A stretch of DNA of 64,000 nt from Botryllus schlosseri (lineage: Eukaryota): positions 20,958,001-21,022,000 of the forward strand of contig CM119371.1 in the NCBI GenBank assembly GCA_051294905.1, read 5' to 3'. The notes under the pieces were generated by a model. The model saw nothing but the letters and a program-made list of their open reading frames with translations, did not search any database and was not told the DNA's origin. Shown in pieces: positions 26,371-38,842 of this stretch. Positions within the stretch are counted from its first letter, which is position 1; the number at the start of each line of letters is the position of its first letter. A program made the position numbers and the translations under genes.

Positions 26371-27459
26371 GTGAAAATATGATAGCAATATTCACAATGT
26401 CAAATGTCGTTGTCTTGTTTGCTTGTTTGTGTTATTAACACAATTGGCGCTTATCCACACTTGGGTCATTTACGCTCGCACAGAAATTCATAAGCTCGTA
26501 TCTTTTGAGGTCTTTACCACTTTTTTGCTTACTTATCCGGTCTCTGATAGCATCTTTCTTGAGATAGGCCGTCTATTCTTTCTGGGCTTTTAGGAAACGC
26601 TGTATTTGCAGCGGGATCGACGATGGAGAGCCCAGGTAAACCTGCGACACATAGAAACATGTCATATTGTTGTCTTCATTTGCTTACTCACACAGGCTGT
26701 TTCGACTACAATGCTCATTGCTCACTAACAACCGTAGATGGATGGATTTCGGCAATGTGCAAAATTATCATTGCAGCCTAAAAACAAACAAACCGCTAGT
26801 CTCCAACCTTGTTATGTTGTCTGCGCGGGCCGGTCTTTCGGGATCAATATCTGCAAACTTTGCAATGAATCGCTTTTATAATAACATTAAGCTTTTTACG
26901 GCAGCAAAATGAAAATTAAATTCCATCACCGTAAAGATGGAACCTTTTTTCTCAGAAAAGCCATATTTGCCCTCTATTTTCCATTGTAATTCCTAGAAGT
27001 CATATACCGACGGCAATCAACTTTCACGCCATAATTCATGATGAATGACGTCACACTGACACGAGATATAAATCAACTATTTAGAATTCGTCACGTGAAG
27101 TTATAAGATCCACATTAACCATGAAGTCAAATGCCAGACATACGAAAACGTGACAGTTCAGCATAGCGACTTGTCGGGAACCTTTTGCAAGCTGCATATC
27201 TATATGATATTTTAGGGAAATGGAGGAAATTGACATTGATATTTTGAAGAAAACCCCGACAATTGTAGAAAACAGTAAAACTGTGAATCTACTCAGTTAT
27301 TCCATACAGAGATAATAACTTCAGCGACGCAAAATATTGTTAGCTGGTATAATTTGCATATATTTACTACTCAATTATCAAACTCCTAGGCAGTCACATA
27401 ACTTTTCTCTACCGGCTGACATTTTAACTGGAGTAGCCTACTAGCAAGCTACGTAACAA

Positions 27460-27903
27460 TAGGCTTACCAGACGTCCTCTTTTAAGAGGATTTGTCCTCT
27501 TTTTTGACTTTTTTGAAAGTGTCCTCGGAGGACGCCCTTTTGTCCTCTTTTTTGACATTTTGTCCTCTTTTTTGAAAATTTAGGTCAGATTTAGAGCAAA
27601 TTGCGAGTGATATGCCGCAAATTAGCACAGAAGTGACGCTCCGGCGGATATTTCGGAGTGAAAAACGGTGAATTTAGCTCTGAGCGAAAAGATGACCTTT
27701 TTTTTAGTCATCCACCTGGCAATGTGGAGAGATAAACGGTATTTTGAGCTCTGAGCAGAAGTGATGACTTTTTTTTTTTTTTAGTCAACTGATCACAAAG
27801 TGGGAAAAATTCACCGGTTTTTGAGAATTCTACTCCGTGTTTGCATATTGCAAATTTCTGAAAAAGTGTCCTCTTTTTACATTTTCAAAATATGGTAAGC
27901 CTA
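27460..27903. mobile_element. MITE (hAT) with TGTCCTCTTT repeats
   Basis: TIRs TAGGCTTACCA / TGGTAAGCCTA; perfect TSD cgtaacaa; related left end at 42508. Confidence 0.9.
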
Positions 27904-29564
27904 CGTAACAATCAGGAATGTAGTTGTCTATATTTGTATTTATGCATGTCACTTCCAAGAGAATTCATTTATCGCCGATTATCAGGAACACAAGGTCGAT
28001 TTAAAAACCATATTGTCACTCTGGCCAATCAATTTATTGCAAAATTCAAGATTTTCATGCGCGCGAAGTCGGTTACGGTGAATACGCGACTGATATTCTT
28101 TGCAAACGCGTTAGTCACTCAACTTTTGAAATCATATATATACTACCTACCGAACTCGAAGCATACGATTTTTTCCGATGCAGACCAATAAAAAACTTGA
28201 AGGTCATGTATCGGCCATATTGCAGAGTAAGCAGGGGTGTTCATTTGGGTCGGTACCGCACCAGAGCAATCTTTATGTATGTATGTGATATTGAAAGAGT
28301 TTCTTGGCGGTGCAAAACTTCAATATACAATTGAATATTATGTTCATATTGAAATGAACTTGACTATTTTTGACTGACACTCTCCCGCTGCATTGAGAGG
28401 AAATTAACGCAATTTAACGCAAAAAAAGTCGACCAAGCCTACCGAACGAACAACCAATGATGTTTATATCCACCTATCATGGATTAGTGCTACTGCCACC
28501 CACGTTATAACAGTTTAATTGTGCGTTCAGAAAGTGTTACGATTACAACGCAGTGAAGACCAACGTGGTTTTTTCGGCAACCCAACTTCTCCAAGCAACA
28601 CTTAAACACATACTTTTTGTAATGTAGTTTATGAATATCAGTGCCACTATGATTGTGGTTAAGTCGGAAAACGAAACGACGTTTGCAGAACAGCATAAAA
28701 CACGTCCCTAGATTTAATAGAATACGCGCATCACGCTCGGCGAAACACTCGCGTTGAACCATCCCTTGAAGCTTGATTCAGAACAGACAAAAACCAAAGA
28801 TTTTGTCACTGGGGAACATTTGTAGGATGATCCTAAAAAATTATCATGTTCTTGGGTGATTCTGACATATCACAGATCGTATTACTTCAGCCAGTACATC
28901 AGCTGTTTTCAGCCATTTGCGTCGAACTCTCGTAAGTGGTAAAGGAACAGTTTCCCTGATTTTAGTACGCCGTATTCAGCTAGTGCAAAGATCCAAAGGA
29001 CAAAGCTACTACACGCTAGTTCGATACATGATGTGGAGGAAACCACTCTTTAGAGTGTGATCAAACAATGTGAAGGGAAACATTGAGATATAAAAGTACG
29101 AAAGAATGATATAAGTCACATTTCACCTAAATTATATTATTCACCTCATTTTTGGAAGCATATCGCTGACGTCGGCGATAAATTTCGAGTAAACGCGACG
29201 AAAGAGATTTCATCAATTTAAAAAAAAATGAATATGCCAAGACAAATCTCAATTGCTACATAATGCTACATTTGTCCCCCGGAGTGCTTCCGCCCCCTTC
29301 AAAATCAAAATCAACCCCTGAGCTCGTTGGTGGGGGTTACTAAATGATATAAAGTGATGACAATTTACGTTTAAAATTTGAACTCCTGAATTGAACAACA
29401 CAAGATGCCACCATTCAGATGCCCATTGTAACCAGTTACGGTATTCTGTCGACAGAATAAGTAGCAGTTATTGTCGTAGTAGCTAGTAGAATAGTTCGAA
29501 AACATGAGATGCACATGCACAGCCTATGTCCTTTCTGAATTATTTAGTACTCTCATTTCAACAG

Positions 29565-29630
29565 GAAGAAGGTGCGACCTTCCAGAAGATAATGAAAAAA
29601 GTATTTAACGAGTTTGAAGAGCAGATCAAG
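29565..29630 (+). CDS. Helical-repeat gene, module 4 short exon
   Basis: catttcaacag|...|gtgcgt; 66 nt, phase 0-0; EEGATFQKIMKKVFNEFEEQIK. Confidence 0.87.
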
Positions 29631-30884
29631 GTGCGTATTGCTGCAAAATCTATTGTAGAATCAATTGAAATGTATGGCTTCGACGGACAGTTTAATCGCA
29701 AGGTAGAGTTCAATGTTTTTGACGTCTTCTGTTTCTGACATCACAAAAATGCTCGATGTGAACACGAGCATTAACACGAATATCGTTCATCATGTCTCGT
29801 GTTTGGGTGATATTTGAATCGCCACACTAGCTCGTTCAAATGAGACATATTGAAATAGAACGGCAAAACCGCGGGCCGCACATAGACTTTGAGAGAGTTG
29901 CAAGGCCCACCTAGACATGGAAGGTGATGTTCAGATGTCAATAAACTTATTCGATATCGGACAACACAGAGTATCACCAATATCTGGATATACCCAACAA
30001 TAAGCACGAAAAAAATCCAAGTTCTCAAATAAATATAAGAAATATCTACATCACGCACAGTCAATATTTTTGATTTTTACATAACAACATTACGTAATAA
30101 CATAATGAAAAACGTAAGAAGGTAATATTTATATAAACTAATGTGCAATTATTATTCGACGCCATCAATGGTCCACAATAGGACTCCTCCTTGCCATTTG
30201 ATCCGCGTAAGCAGCGTCTTACAAAAAAGTCTGGAAAGGGAAGTGGAAGTTCCTTTATATGTAAGCAGTCCAGGAATCACAATAAGAAATCGGTGACCAA
30301 GGCAGTCGAAACACCATAAACACAAAAAACAACAGATTACAGTTGGTGATTCGCCAGCGCTTTATATAACTGCGGAAAAAGCTGGTCCGAGAAGGCTTGA
30401 TTACAAATGATTGTAAATAAATGTGAACAAATAACATGTGCAATCACTAACTAACAGAGTGTTTGAGCACAAATGAGGTGTCATTTGACATCAGTGTAAT
30501 AAGTCTTACGGTGTCCCGCAAGTAAGCCCTCTAGCGTGAATAGAAATGAGGGCAAAATAAATCACAGAACTTGTTTTTGAAAAATCTTGGAATCCTTTAT
30601 TCGAATTTCGGTGAATTTATGGCTAATCGGTCGATTGTGGTTCTGAAATATATCTAGAATATTCGTTTACGTGTCGAGTGCAACTCACATTGGCGCACGT
30701 TGTAATATCAATCTCAAATTGTATTGCATTATCTTTATAGCAAAGCGATCGCATCAAACGTATACGCACACAAATGCAATCTCATTGTTCATTTATGTCG
30801 TTTTTTTCCTTTCAGACGCATATTCGATTCACATCATTATATACTCATATATCCAATTTTACTTACAATCAATATGCAATTTAG

Positions 30885-31091
30885 AGCATCGATGGTCCTT
30901 CCTTGGACGAATTACACGGATCCTGTCAGCGACTATCAGAAGAAACGCTGGATAGGTACTGTAATATGGCAGGAATGGATGGAGTGAGTCAGGATGGACT
31001 GCCCCAGCTAATAGCATACAAGGAGAAACTGAGAGAAAAGATGGAGAGTGCAATATCACAGAAGATTTCCATATGGTCCGGAAAAGAACAG
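30885..31091 (+). CDS. Helical-repeat gene, module 4 long exon
   Basis: caatttag|...|gtttta; 207 nt, phase 0-0; SIDGPSLDELHGSCQRLSEETLDRY...YKEKLREKMESAISQKISIWSGKEQ. Confidence 0.87.
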
Positions 31092-31544
31092 GTTTTATAC
31101 AATTTAATTTACCTGCATTTCACTTTAGAGATATATTTATAGCAAATAGAAGGCTTTAACTAATACGATTGTACTAGTTGTATGGTACATATGGTTCAAA
31201 AGTCTGTACTTAATATGAGGATGAATTAAACCGAAAGTCATATTCTAGGACATCATGTAGGTATCGAGACAATTCTGTTAGTTGGAAGTCAAACGTCATT
31301 ACGTAATCTTAAAATATTCCCAGTCCATCTGTTATACCATCTTACAATTAGGCAGAAGACTTATTGTTAGAGTATATATATCTTTATGATGTAGAAATGA
31401 CCTCCGCTGCACTGTGGACAATGCTAATGAATTCTGGTTAACTCATTTACTTTAGCCTACACGTCTCTTTGCATAATATCATCGATGCTAAATTTAATTT
31501 TTGTTTTTTTCCCCGGAGTCGAGAGAATATATTCAGTGACAGAT

Positions 31545-31800
31545 CATAGTCATTGCGGCATCATCTTTTTCCGGACATTACAATTAATTGGGATTATATG
31601 GCGTAAATGAAATCTATGTGTGAAACTTTCCTCCTTGTCATTCGTAACTTTCTATATCGGTATTGCTTCCTTTCTCGTCGAGTCCTGCCAAGATCGTGGC
31701 ATCCCATTCACGACTTATTACATCTTGGTCCAACCCGATCTCTTAATCCCTGTGGCCGAATTTTGTGATATCATCTCCTTTAATTTTAGATTCGATTAGC
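31545..31800 (-). mobile_element. Possible old LINE (RTE/L2-like) 3' fragment
   Basis: Frameshifted minus-strand pieces IESKIKEM..FGH..WTK..EW.P..GRTRR resemble LINE ORF2 C-termini. Confidence 0.3.
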
Positions 31801-32436
31801 TGAAGATGAATTATTTTTCAAAGTAACTTATATCAGAAGGTAATTACAGACCGTGGCGCACCAAACCCGTTCGGGAGAAAAGCACCACTACTGATTTTTA
31901 CAATACTACTACTAATATTAATATCGGAATTTCCACAGCGTATCACCAAACTGCATTTCGATTTACCTCATCTAAATTCAGGCCGAATACCCTTACTACC
32001 GCAACCCTAGCAAATCTCCTTGGCATAAGAACGGTCCTAGCATATATTGTACTGGTCTGTTTTCGGATGAAAACCTCCGAGGGGATTTGACCACATCACC
32101 GGAGATTGCATTGTGATGATATATTCACTGGTATGTGTGGGGATTTCGCAGGCCTCCGAGTTCACCAGACCTTTATAGACAGTATTCAACATGCATGAAC
32201 TTCTGCCAATATTACCCACAAAATACATAATATTATTTTGCATTTTTTGAAAACTCGGTTTGAAATAAAAGCTTGAGAATTTGATATTTATCGACACATT
32301 AAGCACTTTTCCCGGTCACTAGCAAGCGACTAAAATCGAGTGGCAGCCCATAGCAGTGGTCAGATCAGAAATAGAGGGATTTGAATATTTTTGTTCTCTC
32401 ATTTTCCATTATCTGTCTCATGTTTCCGCTTTAAAG

Positions 32437-32508
32437 GTAAAACATGAACGAAGACGTATCGAAAATATATTCGATGACGCATACAACGAATTCACCGGAG
32501 AACTAATG
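32437..32508 (+). CDS. Helical-repeat gene, module 5 short exon
   Basis: gctttaaag|...|gtgagt; 72 nt, phase 0-0; VKHERRRIENIFDDAYNEFTGELM. Confidence 0.87.
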
Positions 32509-33592
32509 GTGAGTGGTTATAGTGGGCAGATTAGGCACAGTACATTCACTAGAAGAGTGTTATAGCGCAGTGGTTTCCAAACTTTTCAATGCAATTCACG
32601 AAACGGTCCCTTGGAAATATTGTTAAATGACCGACGCTCCCTTACCAAATCCACAAAAAACAACACGTCAGAAATTATCGTGTCAATGTACCCCGTATAC
32701 AGCTTTTGCGACCATCTTGGCTATGTATCACATTCAAACCCAGTGGACGCTGGTCTTGGCCTCCATATGGTGATCAACCTAACATGTCTGCGATGCAGCC
32801 GCCAGGCCCTTCTTACGGCTAAGGCTATTTTCATCACTTACCCTTCATACATCCGAGTCGATCCAGAAGATCGAGTCGAAATGACTACAAACCCGTGGTT
32901 TAAAAATCAGTGTGCAGTTATTTTGTAGTTGAGCTGAGTGCGCAATTCTTAGAGTATATCATGCATTTCTGTCAATAAACTCGGTCATGAATAAGGTATT
33001 GATCCTCTCTGGGCGCACTTGATCAGACCTACTGCTTAATCATATTTATGTGTTTATGTGTGACAATTAGGACGTCATAAGATTTTTGCGTGTTGAATTC
33101 AGTCGGCTCGCTTAATTACTTTGCTGAAGCATATTGATATTCCATGATGGTAATTATTGTTGCTACTCGGAAGATTTTGCAATTGCTCACATTTACAAGA
33201 TATACAGACAAAATCCTTTTCAATTTGCATTTTACCACTGGAAGCAGTATTGTCCTCCAGGGGTTGTATTTGTACAGCGCGGGGAACATATTGCAATGAC
33301 TTGACTATATCCACGGCCGTTTATGTCGGTGCTTGGACATATCCATATCGACGGTTTGACAAACATGCAGTGATCATCTTGGGCCTGGATTTTGTCATCA
33401 CTGTTTTTCTTATCTGACAGAACAGTGCACTTCGTGGGGTAGCATGTTAGCCAAACATTCATATGTATTGGCGTGCCCTGGTTCGAAATGGTCTTCGCGG
33501 AAATAATGCACATGCAGGTTGAACAGCTCAACGAGAAGCACAATGGCCTCAAGCGATACTCTAAAAATTGCGGATCTATTGTGACCTATTTC

Positions 33593-33616
33593 TGTGTGTG
33601 TGTGTGTGTGTGTGTG
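33593..33616. repeat. (TG)n microsatellite
   Basis: About 12 TG units. Confidence 0.95.
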
Positions 33617-33934
33617 AGCGCGAATAAAATAAAGAAATTTGGGCACACAAAATTACGCGAAGCGCGACTGTATGATTTCAATTTTTTGTCGTTGGTAATG
33701 GGCTGACCTACATTTGATATACTGAGCGATTCGAAAGAAGGAAATTTAGTCATGTGTTGATCCTGGTCGACGGGCACAATCAGGGGAATGTTTTGATGAA
33801 AGCGTAAACCAATTGTAACAAATTCTGTCGGTTATACTTCGGCACTATTTCCGTCTGTCTATTGGCAACGATTACGACGTATAAATTTGAGATTCCTAAG
33901 TCCTAACTACAGTGTACATGAGCATGTATTGCAG

Positions 33935-34144
33935 ACCGCTGAAGGTGAAACCGAAGAAGTGGTGCTGGAATCGTGTAAGGACTTGAGAGAAAAAACGCTT
34001 CAAAGGGTTGAGGGCAATGTGTCGAACGAAGAAATTGAAGAAAATGAAACACTTCTGTCTCTTCAAAAAAAACTACTGGTGATTAGACTTGACGATGACA
34101 CTAGAAAGAAGATTACGGAATGGAGAAGAGTTCGGGAAGAAATG
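33935..34144 (+). CDS. Helical-repeat gene, module 5 long exon
   Basis: tattgcag|...|gtaaaa; 210 nt, phase 0-0; TAEGETEEVVLESCKDLREKTLQRV...RLDDDTRKKITEWRRVREEM. Confidence 0.87.
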
Positions 34145-34332
34145 GTAAAATACATTGCGCTCTTATTGAAATCATGACGCTTTTACAAACATACATAGAA
34201 TTGTCGATCAATATCTCGACGGCATAACAAGGATGAGATCTACACAAGGCATTTGGAAAAATGTTTGTTTACGTCAATGCAAACCAGGAGTCTCAAACAT
34301 ACGGCCCGTGGGAGGCATCTAGCCCGTTTGAC

Positions 34333-35234
34333 CAGTGGTTCCCAAAATTGTTCGTCTCGTGGACACATTGGCCGATATTTGAGCTAAAATTCCCCCCTAG
34401 GAAAAAGTTGCCTAGCTGCGACTAAAAAAGGTGCTTTTTAACGCACAACCATTTGTTGACTGAGCAAGATATGGCCAAACATATTCAGATATTTCCGGGC
34501 TATGTCGAATGCGAACCGCACTACACTTTGGTAACGTACATCGAAGTTTCACCTGTTTTTTTTACCGGTCAGGTAGCCGCCGACGAAACATAAATCACCA
34601 AGTCCGCTTGCTATGGCCTTGCGATGAATCGATGAATTCGGTATGTTTTACACGTTAGCTCATATGTTGACTTGAAAAGGTAAACATTTTCCTCAGCGGC
34701 TTTGTGCTGAATTCGGCTTTGTTTGTTTTTGTGGTATTCATGGTGTTTGTCGACTACTATGGTCATTTACACCAGGGCGATATTGTTCATTATTTTCCGT
34801 AACTGCCTACTTATAGCACGGCCCACCTCTAGGCTTTTTGTAAGACACCGCTTACGCGGAGGAGGTGGCGAGGAGGAGCCCAGGTAAACCTTCAACACTT
34901 AGGTATCGGAATTGTGAAGTCGAGCTCGGTTTGACTTTTTCCTGTTTAGCAGCAATTTGGTCAAGAGGTTGTCACGGTCCAACGAAATCGTCTCGCGAGC
35001 CCAACTTTATCAGGCGGTGTAATTTCTAGGGAAAGCATTTAAAATTACACTTAGCTTAGAATCTACCACAAAAATGCAATTGTAAAGAACTAGTTTCATA
35101 CTTAACAGTTCTACCATAAAAGTCTAAAAACCTTGCGAACCCAGTGTATCTTCCGATACAACCCTAAAGCCAGATTCCCCTGAAAAATTCAAAATTCCCC
35201 TGAAGTGGGGAATTCCTCTGGTTTGTAACCACTG
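34333..35234. mobile_element. hAT family A copy 2, carrying an antisense SINE insertion (~34720-34920)
   Basis: CAGTGGTTCCCAA...GTAACCACTG; colinear with 6156-6861 except an extra ~200 bp that matches the reverse complement of the SINE body. Confidence 0.8.
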
Positions 35235-36184
35235 CGCTAAACGAGTTTTTGGTTCTGCGAAGTAATTGTAAGGAAATTTAAAAAATGACAGTGTTACCCG
35301 ATACATTTATATAAACGAAAATAATCCCCCATGACAGGAATGTTTAATATCTTCATTTTTCATGTACCACATCATAAAAATTCCATCAGAGATGAGCGGA
35401 TATTGATTTATGAGAATCCGAATCCATCCGACGGCTAGAGTCTCTGAGGAACTAACCATCCTAACCCGAACAATCTCATCAAAATACCAATGCAAATCCG
35501 AAAAATCCGAATATAATTACTTTTCCGAAGAATCCCAATTGTACAGCTCAGCTAAGATACACTGAGGGTACAGCCTTTACCCCGTTACAAAGGCTAAGCC
35601 TAGAGTTGTCTGATTTCTATTTGCCTGGACCTTTGACAGACCACATTTAGAGTACTACCAGTCCTGTCGCAAGGGGTACCTAGGATTATGAATAAAAAAT
35701 TCCAACATTTTGTGTGTCCTGTAGTCACAAACGATGAACTTTTGTGTCCTGATTTCAAAATTAACAAAAGTTTAGACTGGTTAAACGCCCCGCACAAAAA
35801 TCTTCCAGTTTTTACTGTTTGAAAGATAGGCATTTTTTGTAGATACAGACTATATAATATATATACCGACTGATTGGAATTTAACTGACACAATTCCAAT
35901 TGCAAATACTTGAAATAGTATTTTGGTGAATTATGATTGTACAGATTGAATTAATCCGATCATTTCTTTGCTTACAGACTAAATTAAATATTTAATAAAT
36001 GATAATTAATTTCGATTTACATGTATATTGTATATATCGTATAATTTCAATTTGTCTGACACTAATCGACCCGGTTGTTCGAAAAGGAGAAAGTAGAACA
36101 ACTCGCCATATTTTCAGCGGTCTAGAAAACCGAGTAGAGGAATATGATGAAAATTTGAAAATGTCATATCATATGTGACTCAGC

Positions 36185-38125
36185 CAGTGGCGGCTCGTGA
36201 CAATATCGGGTGGTGGGGCAAGGGCTGCAAGCGACTTTTATCAAGATGACGTCACAATGGCGTTTTCCAACGTAAACAAGTAACTTAATGATGGTACGGT
36301 AACATGAATTTCCCGGCAACAGTGATTTTAACGTTTGTGCCACGAGAGGTCTGCTGGTGAGCTGTGACTTGAAGTGTGGTAACTGCGTAAACGGCGTACG
36401 GAACAAAGATTCAACACGGTTCATGTTCGCATTAGACCTGACTAATTATCTGCAGAAATGGAAATGACTATAACTCGAGAGATAGCGTCAGCCTAATTGG
36501 AAAGGTCAACGAATTCGGACAGATACGCAATTGTTATCTCATAGATTGGGCCTGTCCTATTGAATCCAAAACATCATTCTAAAGAACTAAGAATAGCAGC
36601 CTCGGAAATTTGGTCTCGGTAGTCGGTACAGCATAAGAGATTTTGGCCTTGAAACTGGAGACTGTAACACGACACATACGTTTTTATTACTGTCTTATAG
36701 GTCTGCTGCGAAATCACCTTTGGAAAATATATTACCGAATAAATACGTGGATGAAAGCCTTAAACTTGGTACACTGTTACATGACATTATCGAGAAGTGG
36801 CCTCATGGCCCTTTTCGGTATGCTACACTGTCAAAATTAATGCGAACAGACCAACACCGAATTTTGCGTAAAATTTACTGAGGAATAGGCTGATCAAGTG
36901 ATCAGCTGTTAGCCGCCATCGAAAACGAAATAACTATCGCGCTTGACAGGGGGTTGTAAGCAAATGGCTTGAAGGCCACAATTTCACGGTGAAATTGACA
37001 TTGGAGAATATAATATCAAAGTAAATATTTGAATGCAAACTGAGAATGATATCATCATCTCTGTTAACGTTACCGCAGAACACCGGCTTTTGCGTGAAAT
37101 CCGCAATGTGTTGTAGGCTAAAGTGTCAGACCGGAGCACATCTTTAGCACACTCGACCTTGATAACGAAATTACTGCCCTAATCATTGAGTGTCAGCCTT
37201 GAGACTTGGCACAGCGTTCGATACTAAAATCAAGACATACCGTGCAAAAGCTTATGACGGATCTAGGTAAGGAGCATCGTTAAAATCAATAGAGACCAAT
37301 ACCGGCTTTGCGTATAATCTGTTAGCAATAAATGACTAGTCAGCTCTCACTCGAATTAGGAAGCCAAATTACCACTAAAACAGTTCAGTGACAAACTTAA
37401 AACTTGGTACAGCGTTCGATACTAACATTAAGACTTTCCGTGCCAAATGTCATAACCGATCTCGGTATTGAACATCGTCAAAACCAATGGATACCAATAC
37501 CGGCTTTTGAGTAAAATCTGTTTGCGATACATGACGGATCAGCACACACTCAACTTCGGAAACGGAATTACTACCCTAAACTTTAAGTAGAAACCCTGAA
37601 ACTTGGGGCAGTGTTAAATACCACCATCACGACATGACAGAACAAGTTTCAAGAGTTTTCATGGTGTGAAACCCCATTAAAATCGACCTATACCAGCAAA
37701 GGTCGACTAAACGCAGATGACGGTAACAGAGTTCAGCTATAGATACGATTGTTACATCACACCTTAAGGGCACAGAGCTATCGTGCCCCGGTTGCTCGGT
37801 AATTTTATGAATAGGAGAGAGTAAATCACCGTTTCTTTATTGTGCGCGGCTTTGAGAGAATAGACAGAGAAAGCATGTTTTGAGCGCTACCGGGGCAAGC
37901 CCCGGCTAGGCATTCGCAAAGCGAAAACACATAAGAGAATTCGATTTTCGCAGAGACTTCGCTATATATGGGCACTTACAAGCGAAAGGACAAGAAGTAT
38001 ACGATTTTCGCTGTGATTTCGGTTTATATAGATAGGTGTGCGTCTATAAATGGTGAAGAATTGTTATTGAACAGAATTTTAGGTGGGGCAATGCCCCAGT
38101 TGCCCTATAGGACGAGCCGCCACTG
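36185..38125. mobile_element. Non-autonomous hAT (Tip100-like termini) with internal ~200-230-bp tandem repeats
   Basis: TIRs CAGTGGCGGCTCGT / ACGAGCCGCCACTG; perfect TSD gactcagc. Confidence 0.9.
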
Positions 38126-38423
38126 GACTCAGCATCTGTGCGGCAGAATGGTGTTGTTGTGAAACTGCAAATTGCAATGATGAGCAATAGTTTTAACAAA
38201 CCACAATACATTGATTACCAATATAATATTATCGATTCTTAAAGCAAATATATCAGAGTTATTCAATCCAACAGCCTCAACAAATCCAACTCTCAGCTAC
38301 AAACTTGGAGATGATATGGTAAAACACTACAAAACCAATCATCCACATCAATCATGCTTATTCATCGAACATGCGTATCAGTAAGCCTGGTATTCTAACC
38401 AGATGTCTACAGATGGAATATAC

Positions 38424-38842
38424 TAGAACCCGACCGATTATCGGTTCGCCGATAATATCGGGACGATATCAAACTTTGAAAGAATTATCGGTATCGGCCA
38501 GTGAAGCTGAAAAATTATCGGCAATTTTCGTGACGTCACAACATAGCGGTATAGGAAGTCAGAAAACTATAATCTTTGGCTTCTAGACTGCGAATATTGA
38601 TATATGACACATTGCTTACACTTAACAAGTGTCCAGACGTAGCGTTTCCTAGTTTATATCATGTTCAAGTATAACAATGGCTGTAAATACGTTCAAATAA
38701 ATGCTCTGAAGCTTTGAAAATGTGCTTTAATGTATATCCAAGTTCTTTTGAATATCGGCTGAATGTATTGGGGTTCTCGGTCAAGGTGTGAGATATCGGT
38801 TTAATCGGTATCAACCAAAAATCCAATATCGGTCGGGCTGTA
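38424..38842. mobile_element. MITE (hAT, Ac-like) with TATCGG repeats
   Basis: TIRs TAGAACCCGACCGAT / ATCGGTCGGGCTGTA; TSD gaatatac/gagtatgc. Confidence 0.75.
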
